Shown one piece after another: positions 1 to 7,677 of a DNA stretch of 29,761 nucleotides (position 1 is the first letter of the stretch; each line of letters opens with the position of its first letter). The stretch is from a virus. Position numbers and translations under genes: made by a program. The DNA lies in IMG/VR virus record IMGVR_UViG_3300045988_081399. One strand, written 5' to 3'. The notes beneath the pieces were generated by a model. It was not told the origin of the DNA and ran no database searches. It was given only the letters and a program-made list of their open reading frames with translations.

Positions 1-148
1 CAAGGACAGAGTCGCTGCCCAGAAGAAGGCATGGTACGAGGCGAACAAGGACAAGCTCGCCGCCTGGCAGAAGGCATACCGCGAGGCGAACAAGGACAAG
101 ATTGCCGCCTGGCAGAAGGCATACCGCGAGGCGAACAAGGACAAGATT
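1..148. repeat. 45-bp tandem repeat array, 3' block (tail of R4/R5 overlap, R5 to nt 58, R6 59-103, R7 104-148)
   Basis: R6 and R7 are identical over all 45 nt (gccgcctggcagaaggcataccgcgaggcgaacaaggacaagatt). R5 is a hybrid of the upstream and downstream repeat types. A degenerate eighth unit follows at 149-193. Confidence 0.9.
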
Positions 149-328
149 GCCGCCCAGCAGAAAAGCATTGCGCTGGCGCGCAAAGCCCAGGGTATGACCC
201 AGAGTGGGCTTGCGGCTATAGTCAGAGTGACCCAGGCGACTGTATCGCTATGGGAGACCGGCGCGGTCAAAGCAAACTGGGACAAGCTCTGCGCAGCGCT
301 GCCGGAGCTGGAGACGCACAGACCGTAA
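1..328 (+). CDS. 3' part of the junction-spanning regulator gene (continues from 29401..29761): last 15-aa tandem repeats plus a C-terminal XRE-type helix-turn-helix
   Basis: Frame 2 (codons from nt 2) is open from the window edge to TAA 326-328. It reads KDRVAAQKKAWYEANKDKL, AAWQKAYREANKDKI x2, then ...GMTQSGLAAIVRVTQATVSLWETG, a typical HTH_3/XRE motif. The phase matches the ORF that runs off the 3' end. Tracked ORF 31..384 is the wrong frame of the same repeats. Confidence 0.8.
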   Translation, partial: KDRVAAQKKAWYEANKDKLAAWQKAYREANKDKIAAWQKAYREANKDKIAAQQKSIALARKAQGMTQSGLAAIVRVTQATVSLWETGAVKANWDKLCAALPELETHRP

Positions 329-414
329 AAAGCCGCCGCCGGAGGGGCAACTCCGACGACGGCAGTAGAAAAAACTACAACTAAAGTATATCTGAAAAAG
401 AGGGTGTATGCAAG

Positions 415-606
415 ATGTTTGTACCAGATAACCCCATCATCCGGGACGCTGAACGGAACGGGATGCCGGAACCCAGCGTCCCCATCTGCCCGGTCTGCGA
501 GCAGGAATGCGAGGACATCTATCTGGACGCAGACGGCAACGTGACCGGATGTGACAACTGCGTCCGGATCAAGAGCGCCTGGGCGATCCGGGAGTGTTTT
601 GAGTGA
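415..606 (+). CDS. Small zinc-ribbon-like protein (63 aa), function unknown
   Basis: ATG 415 lies after a purine-rich AGAGGGTG. The protein has two CxxC pairs (CPVC ... CDNC) plus an extra Cys. Stop is TGA 604-606. Confidence 0.6.
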   Translation: MFVPDNPIIRDAERNGMPEPSVPICPVCEQECEDIYLDADGNVTGCDNCVRIKSAWAIRECFE

Positions 607-620
607 AGGAGGACAGGAAG

Positions 621-1508
621 ATGGAAGAAATGACGATCATCCCCGCGGAGGCGGAGCATGCGGAACTGATCTCGGTGGTGCAGCTGCCCATCATCCAGGA
701 GCAGTTACATACCATCAAGGCGCAGATCGAGGCACGGGCGGCGGCAGCACTGGCAGCACCGTGTACAGAGGAGACAGTCAAGTCGGTCAAGGAGCTGCGG
801 GCAGACCTGCGGCGGGACTTTGCCGAGCTGGAGAGACGCCGCAAGGCGGTACAGGCAGCCGTACTGAAGCCCTATGACGAGTTCATGGCCGTTTATCGGG
901 AGTGCGTGACAGATGTGTTCACCCCCTGCGACCAGGAGCTGAAGCGCAAGATCGACAGCGTGGAAGAGGAGCTGAAGGCCAGGAAGGCAGAGCGCGTGAA
1001 AGTCTATTTTTTGGAGTGCTGCCAGAGCGTGGGCATCGACTTCCTCCACTTTGAGGACGTCGGCCTGAACATCACCAAGACGGTCAGCGAGAAGCGACTG
1101 AAGGAGTCGGCGAAGGCGTGCGTAGACCGGGTGGCGCAGGACTGCGCTGTGATCGGCCAACAGGAGCACGCGGCGGAGATCATGGCCGAGTACCGCGTGA
1201 ACGGCTTCGATTGTGTCGGAGCGATGAACACGGTGGCATCCCGCCTGCGGAGAGAACGCGAATGCAGGATGCGCCAGGAAGAACAGGCCGAACAGGAACA
1301 GCAGGAGCAGGAACGCCAGGCGGAAATGCTCCAGGAGGAACTAGTGTCGTTTGCACCTCCCCAGGTATGTGAAACGCCCATCGACGAGGTGCAGGAAACC
1401 GTCGAGAACGACCCGTATAAGACCCTGACCTTTACCGTCCGGGGCCGGCTTTCCGACCTGCGCAAGCTGAAGCAGTTTTTGGTCAGCGGCCCCTATGAGA
1501 TCGTCTAA
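621..1508 (+). CDS. DUF1351-like phage protein (recombination-module accessory protein)
   Basis: The ORF is open from GTG 603, but ATG 621 sits 8 nt after AAGGAGG (606-612). The N-terminal VVQLPIIQEQL...KSVKELRADLRRDFAELERRRKAV..KPYDEF pattern resembles, from memory, the DUF1351 family that usually precedes RecT/Erf in Firmicutes phages. The C-terminal half is Q/E-rich. Confidence 0.65.
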   Translation: MEEMTIIPAEAEHAELISVVQLPIIQEQLHTIKAQIEARAAAALAAPCTEETVKSVKELRADLRRDFAELERRRKAVQAAVLKPYDEFMAVYRECVTDVFTPCDQELKRKIDSVEEELKARKAERVKVYFLECCQSVGIDFLHFEDVGLNITKTVSEKRLKESAKACVDRVAQDCAVIGQQEHAAEIMAEYRVNGFDCVGAMNTVASRLRRERECRMRQEEQAEQEQQEQERQAEMLQEELVSFAPPQVCETPIDEVQETVENDPYKTLTFTVRGRLSDLRKLKQFLVSGPYEIV

Positions 1509-1523
1509 CAAGGAGGAAGAACC

Positions 1524-2456
1524 ATGGCAAGAAATACCCCGATGGTGCAGCAGAAGAAGTTCAGCACCATGATCTCCACACCCAGCTATCAAGCGATGAT
1601 CGCCAACACCCTGCGAGACCCCAACCGGCAGAGACGCTTTGTGGCGGCGATCACGTCCGCCGTGGCGGCCACGCCTGCGCTCCAGAGCTGCAATCCCAGC
1701 AGCATTTTGGCTGGGGCACTGCTGGGAGAAGGGCTGAACCTCAGTCCGTCGCCTCAGCTGGGACAGTTCTACCTGGTGCCCTTCAAATGCAAGGCCAAGG
1801 ACGCCAGGGGGAACCAGCTCAAGGATCAGAACGGGGAAGACCTGTATGAGAACAAAGCACAGTTCGTCCTTGGATACAAGGGCTATGTCCAGATGGCGCT
1901 GAAGAGTAAGCAGTATGTGGACATGGACGCAGTGGTCGTGAAGGAAGGGGAGTACCTGGGACGAGACCCCAGCACCGGGAAGCCAATGTTCACGTTCCTC
2001 TCGGATGACGAGGAATGGCAGCAGCGCCCCACGGCCGGTTACATGGCCTATCTGGAGTATGACGGCGGCTTCCGCAAGACCGTCTACTGGTCAAAGGAGA
2101 AGATGATGGCGCACGCCGACCGGTTCAGCCCGGCGTTCTCTGCCCAGGCGCTGAAGCGGCTGGAGGCTGGCGAGATTCCCGACCGTGACTTGTGGCGATA
2201 CTCCTCCTTCTGGTACAAGGATTTCGACGGGATGGCCTGCAAGACCATGCTGCGGCAGCTGATCTCCAAGTGGGGCATCCTCTCCACGGAGATGCAGGCT
2301 GCGATCACCCAGGATGGGCAGTTTGCCGACTGCGACTTGAAGAAACAGGACGTCGTAGTGCATGACGTGGACGTCGTGTCGGATGCGCCGGAGGAAGCGA
2401 TGGACGAGCTGGACCCCATCGTAGAGGATGGGGAGATCACCCTGGATGACCTGTAA
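1524..2456 (+). CDS. recT: RecT-family single-strand annealing recombinase
   Basis: AAGGAGG at 1510-1516 precedes ATG 1524. The 310-aa product carries RecT-like blocks (SILAGALLGEGLNLSPSPQLGQFYLVPF, GYKGYVQMALKS, KTMLRQLISKWG). Confidence 0.85.
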   Translation: MARNTPMVQQKKFSTMISTPSYQAMIANTLRDPNRQRRFVAAITSAVAATPALQSCNPSSILAGALLGEGLNLSPSPQLGQFYLVPFKCKAKDARGNQLKDQNGEDLYENKAQFVLGYKGYVQMALKSKQYVDMDAVVVKEGEYLGRDPSTGKPMFTFLSDDEEWQQRPTAGYMAYLEYDGGFRKTVYWSKEKMMAHADRFSPAFSAQALKRLEAGEIPDRDLWRYSSFWYKDFDGMACKTMLRQLISKWGILSTEMQAAITQDGQFADCDLKKQDVVVHDVDVVSDAPEEAMDELDPIVEDGEITLDDL

Positions 2457-3148
2457 TGCAGTGCGAGATATTGGCCACTGGCTCCGCCGGGAACGCGGTG
2501 GTGCTGGGCGGGACGATCCTGATAGACTGCGGTGTGCCGTACAAACTGCTGGCACCCTATGTCCCTGACCTGCAGCTGGTGCTGCTGACCCACATCCACA
2601 GCGACCACTTCCGACGAGCTACCATCCGGCGCCTGGCCGCGGAGCGCCCCCGGTTACGCTGGGGGTGCGGGCCGTGGCTGGTGCAGCCCTTGGGTGAGCT
2701 GGGCGTGTCGCGACGGCAGATCGACGCGCTGAAGGACGGCCACACTTACCAATACGGCAGCAAGGTGGTGGTGTCGCCGGTGCTGCTGGTGCACGATGTG
2801 CCCAATCAGGGGTACAAGCTGCGTATAGGCTGGGAGCGGTGCATTTACTGCACGGACACGGCCAACCTGCACGGGGTGTCGGCCCCAAATTATGACCTGT
2901 ACCTGATTGAGGCGAACTATGACGAAGCGGAGATTGCCCAGAGGATCGCAGACCGCAAGGCGGCGGGAGAATACGCCTACGAACGCCGGGTGACACGGAG
3001 TCACCTGAGCGTCCAACAATGTGATGATTTTATCTATTCCAACATCGGTGCGCGTGGGCAGTACGTCTATATGCACCAGCATGAGGAGAAGGAAGAAAAT
3101 GAACGTGAAATACATGAACGAACTCCCTGCGGGCTTAAAAGAACGTAG
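2456..3148 (+). CDS. MBL-fold metallo-hydrolase (probable nuclease partner of RecT)
   Basis: Start overlaps the recT stop (TAATG). HxHxDH motif is present (LLTHIHSDHF), with N-terminal ILATGSAGNAVVL typical of the metallo-beta-lactamase fold. Confidence 0.8.
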   Translation: MQCEILATGSAGNAVVLGGTILIDCGVPYKLLAPYVPDLQLVLLTHIHSDHFRRATIRRLAAERPRLRWGCGPWLVQPLGELGVSRRQIDALKDGHTYQYGSKVVVSPVLLVHDVPNQGYKLRIGWERCIYCTDTANLHGVSAPNYDLYLIEANYDEAEIAQRIADRKAAGEYAYERRVTRSHLSVQQCDDFIYSNIGARGQYVYMHQHEEKEENEREIHERTPCGLKRT

Positions 3149-3362
3149 GGAGACCAAGACCAGCAAGCTGCTGGCAGTGATGCAGGATTTTATGGCGAGG
3201 CCTGAGCCCATCATGGAGGTGGCGTGGGAGGAAACCTACAGCAGCGTAACTTCCGCAGCTGCCTCCGCACGCAGCGCGATCCGGTCGAATAAACTTGCGC
3301 TGCGCGTGACCCGCTGCCAGAACCGGCTGTTCATCCAGAAGGAGGCCGCCGATGCTGAATAA
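3099..3362 (+). CDS. Hypothetical protein (87 aa)
   Basis: ATG 3099 is preceded by GGAGAAGGAAG. The tracked ORF 3021..3362 probably over-extends the N-terminus. It overlaps the MBL gene end by 50 nt and the ssb start by 11 nt. Confidence 0.5.
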   Translation: MNVKYMNELPAGLKERRETKTSKLLAVMQDFMARPEPIMEVAWEETYSSVTSAAASARSAIRSNKLALRVTRCQNRLFIQKEAADAE

Positions 3363-3789
3363 GGTATTCCTCCAGGGTCGCCTTGTAGCAGACCCAGAAC
3401 TGCGCAAGACCCAGCAGGGGACGCCGGTGGCGTCCTATCGCTTGGCTGTGGATCGGGGTTACAAGAGCAAGGACTCCAACGCCCAAAACACGGACTTCGT
3501 CAACATCGTGTCCTGGCGCAACACGGCGGAGTTCGTCTGCAAATACTTCACCAAAGGCCGCATGATGCTGGTGGAAGGCCGCCTGCAGATGCGTGACTAC
3601 ACGGACAAGGACGGCAACAAGCGAGTGGCCGCGGAGGTCGTGACGGATAACGTCTACTTCTGCGATTCACGCAAGGATGAGAGCGGGACAAGCTCCGGCG
3701 GCGGTTACGGACCGCCCAGCGGCTCCGGGGTGCCCGGTGACGGCGGCTTCGCAGAGCTGAGCGACAATGACGGCGAACTGCCGTTCTAA
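3352..3789 (+). CDS. ssb: Single-stranded DNA-binding protein
   Basis: OB-fold N-terminus (MLNKVFLQGRLVADPELR...VNIVSWRNTAEF...GRLQMRDYTDKDGNKR), a Gly-rich linker and an acidic C-terminal tip DNDGELPF. Confidence 0.9.
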   Translation: MLNKVFLQGRLVADPELRKTQQGTPVASYRLAVDRGYKSKDSNAQNTDFVNIVSWRNTAEFVCKYFTKGRMMLVEGRLQMRDYTDKDGNKRVAAEVVTDNVYFCDSRKDESGTSSGGGYGPPSGSGVPGDGGFAELSDNDGELPF

Positions 3790-3800
3790 GGAGTGAGAGT

Positions 3801-4799
3801 ATGGCGTGGATTGAATTACATCAGAATCTTCCGGCGCACAGAAAAGTGAAAAAGTTGAAGCGGCTGCTGAAGATCAAGACGCCGCAGGCAGTTGGGCATC
3901 TGGCCATGCTGTGGCTCTGGGCAGTGGACAATGCGCCGGATGGTGATCTATCCGCGCTGGATCCAGAGGACATTGCAGAAGCGTGTGAGTGGCCGAAGGA
4001 CGCGGAACAATTCGTGCAGGCGCTGACCGAGGCCGGTTTTATCGACCCGGACGCAAAACTGCACGATTGGAGCGATTACGCCGGGATGCTCCTGGACCGC
4101 CGGGAGAACCAACGAGAGCAGAACCGCAAGCGGCAACAGCGTTACCGTAACAAACGGAAAGCGGACAGTAACGCGACCGAGTCCAATGCGCCAACGCAAG
4201 ATTCTAGCCCCGTAACGCATGACGATAACGTTAGCGTAACGCGTTACGAAAGCGTTAGTAACGCCCCTGTAACGACCCTACCTAACCTAACCATACCTAA
4301 CCATACCAAACCTAACCTTAACCAGGGGAGGTATGAGGATACTTGTAAGGCGTTACCAGGCACCGACAGCGTTACGGCGCCAGCACCCTGTCCGCCGCAG
4401 AAACGGTCAGAAGCAGTGGCCTATTACTGCCAGCATATCAACCCCACACCGTCTGGGTACTCACTGCAGGCGCTGGAACGCTTTGAGGGCATCTTGGGGG
4501 CAGAGGTGACCATCCATGCCATCCAGATTGCTCAGGACGAGCGCAAGCAGAGCTGGAATTACATCAAGGCCATCCTGGAGCGCTATGAGCGTGAGGGAGT
4601 CCGGTCTCTGGCGGACATCCAGGCATCAGAGCAGCAGCGCCAGGCGGCAAGACAGCAGCAGGGCTGGAAGAAGCCTGCAAAAGCGCCCGTGCCGGAAGCG
4701 GACAGACAGCCGGAAGACCAGGCGGAGTTTGCAGCTAGAATCGCGGAACAGGACGCCTGGATGCGAGGCTTCTTGGAGAGCCAACGGGAGGAGGGATGA
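3801..4799 (+). CDS. Replication initiator / replisome organizer with C-terminal DnaD-like domain
   Basis: The C-terminal block YYCQHINPTPSGYSLQALERFEGILGAEVTIHAIQIAQDERKQSWNYIKAILERYEREGVRSLADI looks like a DnaD/DnaB_2 domain. The N-terminal WIELHQN...LAMLWLWAVDNAPDG is typical of phage initiator N-domains. A low-complexity linker is encoded by the iteron cluster. Confidence 0.7.
   Translation: MAWIELHQNLPAHRKVKKLKRLLKIKTPQAVGHLAMLWLWAVDNAPDGDLSALDPEDIAEACEWPKDAEQFVQALTEAGFIDPDAKLHDWSDYAGMLLDRRENQREQNRKRQQRYRNKRKADSNATESNAPTQDSSPVTHDDNVSVTRYESVSNAPVTTLPNLTIPNHTKPNLNQGRYEDTCKALPGTDSVTAPAPCPPQKRSEAVAYYCQHINPTPSGYSLQALERFEGILGAEVTIHAIQIAQDERKQSWNYIKAILERYEREGVRSLADIQASEQQRQAARQQQGWKKPAKAPVPEADRQPEDQAEFAARIAEQDAWMRGFLESQREEG
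4140..4376. repeat. Iteron cluster inside the initiator gene (candidate origin of replication)
   Basis: GTAACG at 4168, 4212, 4236, 4258 and 4269 (plus CGTAAC 4146). Its complement CGTTAC at 4140, 4242, 4350 and 4369. CCTAACC at 4281, 4286, 4296 and 4311. Confidence 0.6.
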
Positions 4800-5299
4800 T
4801 GGATAACACCAGAGCAAAGCTCCCGCCTGTCTTGGATGTAACCTGCGGCGGGCGGATGATGTGGTTTGACAAGCAACACCCGTTGGCACTGTACCTGGAT
4901 AACCGGGAGATTGCTGACGTGGAGCTTTGTGACGGACGGCATTTCTCAGTGCGTCCGGATATTGTGGCAGATTTCACGGCGTTACCGTTCCCGGACAAGA
5001 GCTTTCGGCTGGTGGTCTTCGATCCGCCGCACCTGGTGAGAGCCGGGGAGGCGTCTTACACAGCGATCAAGTACGGTCGTCTGGATCCAGACTGGCGGAC
5101 AACGCTGCGAGCTGGATTCCGGGAGTGCATGAGAGTGCTGCGGCCGGGCGGGACGCTGATCTTCAAGTGGTCTGAGTACCAAATTCCGGTTAAGGATGTG
5201 CTGGAAGTTATCGGGGATGTGCCACTGTTTGGGCACCGGAGTGGGCGAGCCAGCAAGACGCACTGGATGGTGTTTATGCGAGGGGAGGAGGAACGATGA
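4796..5299 (+). CDS. Small class-I SAM-dependent methyltransferase, probably an orphan DNA (N6-A/N4-C type) methyltransferase
   Basis: Motif I-like VLDVTCGG and motif IV-like FDPPH (a (D/N)PP(Y/F/H)-type tetrad). 167 aa. No adjacent restriction gene. Confidence 0.6.
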   Translation: MMDNTRAKLPPVLDVTCGGRMMWFDKQHPLALYLDNREIADVELCDGRHFSVRPDIVADFTALPFPDKSFRLVVFDPPHLVRAGEASYTAIKYGRLDPDWRTTLRAGFRECMRVLRPGGTLIFKWSEYQIPVKDVLEVIGDVPLFGHRSGRASKTHWMVFMRGEEER

Positions 5300-5682
5300 A
5301 ATATACCATCCGCGGGACACCGGTCACAAAGAAGAACAGCTCGCGCATCATTCTGGTGCATGGGAAGCCGAGGATCATCCCCAGTAAGCAGTTTGTGGAA
5401 TACGAAAAGGCGGCACTGTATCAGCTCATGCCGGTGAGACCACATACCGCCGTTGACTACCCAGTCAACGTGAAATGCGTGTACTACATGCCGACCAATC
5501 GGCGGGTGGACTTGACCAACCTGCTGGCGGCAACCATGGACATCCTGGTGGACGCCCATGTCCTGGCCGACGACAACGCCAAGATCGTGGTCGGGCACGA
5601 CGGCAGTCGGGTGATGTACAAGGCGGACAAACCGCGGACAGAAATCGAAATCAAGGAGGAATTACAAAGTGAAAATGAATGA
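5296..5682 (+). CDS. rusA: RusA-family Holliday junction resolvase
   Basis: Start ATG 5296 overlaps the upstream stop (ATGA). Characteristic VDLTNLLAATMDILVDAHVLADDNAKIV acidic catalytic block. 128 aa. Confidence 0.85.
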   Translation: MKYTIRGTPVTKKNSSRIILVHGKPRIIPSKQFVEYEKAALYQLMPVRPHTAVDYPVNVKCVYYMPTNRRVDLTNLLAATMDILVDAHVLADDNAKIVVGHDGSRVMYKADKPRTEIEIKEELQSENE

Positions 5683-6001
5683 GTACCAGAAAGCCGCAAT
5701 GAGAACCGCAAACGGACTGGATCGGCACGAACTGCTTATGAATGCTGCCCTGGGTATTTGTGGCGAAGGAGGTGAGGTGGCTGACCTGGTGAAAAAGGCA
5801 GCCTTCCAGGGTCACACGCTTGACGAAGAGCATGTGGCAAAAGAGCTGGGGGACTGCTTGTGGTATATCGCTGTTGGCGCGGAAGCTGTAGGGCACACGC
5901 TGGACGAAATTGCCAAAATGAACGTGGACAAGCTCCGGAAGCGCTATCCTGACGGATTTGACGCCGAACGTTCCCGGCACCGTGAGGGAGGCGACGTATG
6001 A
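5669..6001 (+). CDS. MazG-like nucleoside triphosphate pyrophosphohydrolase
   Basis: GEGGEVADLVKK and ELGDCLWYIA motifs are typical of all-alpha MazG NTP-PPases. AAGGAGG 5653-5659 lies 9 nt before GTG 5669; ATG 5675 is an alternative start. Confidence 0.8.
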   Translation: MKMNEYQKAAMRTANGLDRHELLMNAALGICGEGGEVADLVKKAAFQGHTLDEEHVAKELGDCLWYIAVGAEAVGHTLDEIAKMNVDKLRKRYPDGFDAERSRHREGGDV

Positions 6002-6621
6002 AACGAGAAGAAATCCTGAAAGAAGCGCTCCGGTGCGTGACCGGTGAGCGCGAGCAGCAGTACGGCAGCCCGGAAGACAACTTTATGGTGATCGCAGAGC
6101 TGTGGACGGTGTACCTGGAGCACGGATGCGTAGAGGACAATGGTGCGGTGCTGCTCCATCCGGAGGACGTAGCCGCTATGATGGCGCTGCTCAAGATTGC
6201 CCGCATCTGTACGGGCAAGTACAAGGGCGATAGCTGGGTTGACCTGGCCGGTTATGCCGCCTGCGGCGGTGCGTGCCAGAGCGGCAATCGCCCGGCAGAA
6301 TGGGAGCTCGAGGACAAGGAAGAACGTAGGGTGGAAGCGAAGCTCAAAAAGCTGTACGCTTATTGTCGTTTGTCCGAAGACTGCGACCTCTGTCCAATTA
6401 AAAAGGATAGCGACCTCTTTAACCTATGCCACGTGAAAGATGTCGAAGCTATGGACGAAGAAGAACTGGACAGTTACCTGACATTCTTCCGCAACGTCGC
6501 CTCGGATCGTGGCCCCAGCTGCTACAGTTGCAAGCACATGGCCTGCGGGAGTAACGAGGATCCCTGCCGGGACTGTAAGTATCTCAACAAGTACGAGGAG
6601 GACGCCAATGAACAGAGTTGA
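5998..6621 (+). CDS. Phage protein with a DUF6378-like N-terminal domain and a Cys-rich C-terminal half
   Basis: The N-terminus REQQYGSPEDNFMVIAELW...DVAAMMALLKIARI..GKYKGDSWVDLAGYAACG resembles, from memory, DUF6378. The C-terminus has CDLCP, CYSC and CRDC pairs. Confidence 0.5.
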   Translation: MKREEILKEALRCVTGEREQQYGSPEDNFMVIAELWTVYLEHGCVEDNGAVLLHPEDVAAMMALLKIARICTGKYKGDSWVDLAGYAACGGACQSGNRPAEWELEDKEERRVEAKLKKLYAYCRLSEDCDLCPIKKDSDLFNLCHVKDVEAMDEEELDSYLTFFRNVASDRGPSCYSCKHMACGSNEDPCRDCKYLNKYEEDANEQS

Positions 6622-6787
6622 CGGAATGGAAGTCCTGGACGCCGTGGAGAATGGCATGATTAAGCTGGGGCAGAGCCGGGACATCTGGCAGAACGACGTG
6701 GTCTACGCCGCACTGGCAGGCGTGAGACTGTTGCTGCTGGATGCGCTCAAAGACAAAGCACTGGAGGATGACGATGACAAAGCGTAA
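6608..6787 (+). CDS. Hypothetical protein (59 aa, acidic C-terminus)
   Basis: ATG 6608 follows GAGGAGGA. The tracked ORF 6509..6787 over-extends the N-terminus through the previous gene. Confidence 0.5.
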   Translation: MNRVDGMEVLDAVENGMIKLGQSRDIWQNDVVYAALAGVRLLLLDALKDKALEDDDDKA

Positions 6788-6857
6788 CCTATGTGACACC
6801 TGCCTGCACCACGCGGTGTGCAGGCACGGGATCGCTCAGCGGTGGGGGATGACTTGA
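6774..6857 (+). CDS. Possible 27-aa Cys/His-rich micro-ORF (MTKRNLCDTCLHHAVCRHGIAQRWGMT)
   Basis: GGAGG 6763-6767 lies 6 nt before ATG 6774. The ORF is not in the track because it is under 60 aa, and it contains the 9-bp palindrome at 6801-6826. Support is weak. Confidence 0.2.
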   Translation: MTKRNLCDTCLHHAVCRHGIAQRWGMT

Positions 6858-6876
6858 TTGTAGAAGGGTGACTCTG

Positions 6877-7071
6877 ATGAAGTTTAAGTGCATGAAAGAT
6901 GTCCGTGCTCTGAAAGAGTTTTTGAACAGTATTCCAGATGATACGATGTGTACCCATACTTACTATGGTTATGACAATAACTGTAATTACGGTGTTCAGG
7001 AAGCGGCGTATATGTATGTTGGATACGACGAAGAAAAAGATAAGATTGTGTTTCCAGCTGATAGCAAGTGA
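6877..7071 (+). CDS. Small acidic hypothetical protein (64 aa) in AT-rich island 1
   Basis: GAAGGG 6863-6868 precedes ATG 6877; GTG 6868 is an alternative start. My hand count gives about 38% G+C over 6877-7071, against about 53% hand-counted over the next 100 nt downstream (7141-7240). Confidence 0.55.
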   Translation: MKFKCMKDVRALKEFLNSIPDDTMCTHTYYGYDNNCNYGVQEAAYMYVGYDEEKDKIVFPADSK

Positions 7072-7140
7072 CTATAGAGGCGTGATGAGCGCGACTACAA
7101 AGGTTATCAGGACTGCGACACCACCAGAGGAGGATGAGAC

Positions 7141-7677
7141 ATGACGGGAGCGGAAATCAAAGCATTTCGGCGTCGCGAGTTATTGACACAAGAGATGCTT
7201 GCGCAGGCAATCGGCACATTGCAAGCGCATATCAGCGGCTGGGAGAAAGAGCTACGCCCTATCCCAGCAGAGCAGGAGGCCAAATTGCGGCAGCTCGTGG
7301 GCGCATCCCCGCAAGAGAGATGGGAGATGCTGGCCGAAATCCGAAAGAATAAGGCAGAAGCTGAGCACAGGAGAAAGCTCGCAAGACGGGCAAGGCCGAA
7401 GAAACCGCCAAAGCCGCCCGAAGCTGCTGCCGCTCAGAACGCCGCAGCCAAAGGCGTTATCCCTTGCAAGGCCTGTCCCCACTGGCAGCACATGGACGCA
7501 GTGAAAAGCAAGACCATGTACTGTGCCTGCATCCAGGAGACCGGCCATGCCCGTACCTGCGGCGTAGAGCGTACATACCAGCGGTACAGGACGCTCAATC
7601 CGCTGTCTCTGGACGCTGCTAGGGCGGCGGAGTTGGGGTTGAGCTATGGGCAGTACAAGGCGAGAGAGGTGAGCTGA
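7141..7677 (+). CDS. HTH (XRE-like) DNA-binding protein with a basic linker and Cys/His-rich C-terminal domain
   Basis: GAGGAGGA RBS. N-terminal LTQEMLAQAIGTLQAHISGWEKELRPIP is an XRE-type HTH. C-terminal CKACPHW...CAC...H..TCG is a putative metal site. Confidence 0.65.
   Translation: MTGAEIKAFRRRELLTQEMLAQAIGTLQAHISGWEKELRPIPAEQEAKLRQLVGASPQERWEMLAEIRKNKAEAEHRRKLARRARPKKPPKPPEAAAAQNAAAKGVIPCKACPHWQHMDAVKSKTMYCACIQETGHARTCGVERTYQRYRTLNPLSLDAARAAELGLSYGQYKAREVS

Noticed and set aside
332-363. GC-rich hairpin after the regulator gene as a + strand terminator
   Set aside because: 11 of 13 positions pair, but the hairpin is followed by an A-rich rather than T-rich tract. The T-run exists only on the minus strand, where there are no genes to terminate.
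31-384. Tracked + strand ORF of 117 aa with GEQGQ-type repeats
   Set aside because: It is the wrong reading frame of the 45-bp tandem array. Frame 2 continues in phase from the ORF at 29401, has protein-like repeats and ends in a clean XRE HTH.
4277-4323. CCTAACC repeats as telomere-like or linear-plasmid end repeats
   Set aside because: They are internal, inside an ORF and adjacent to the GTAACG iterons, and the genome closes as a circle. They are better interpreted as part of an origin or linker region.
6868-7075. 7/8 direct repeat GTGACTCT (6868-6875) / GTGACTAT (7068-7075) flanking AT-rich island 1 as a target-site duplication
   Set aside because: An imperfect 8-mer 200 nt apart is within chance expectation, and no transposase or inverted repeats were seen.
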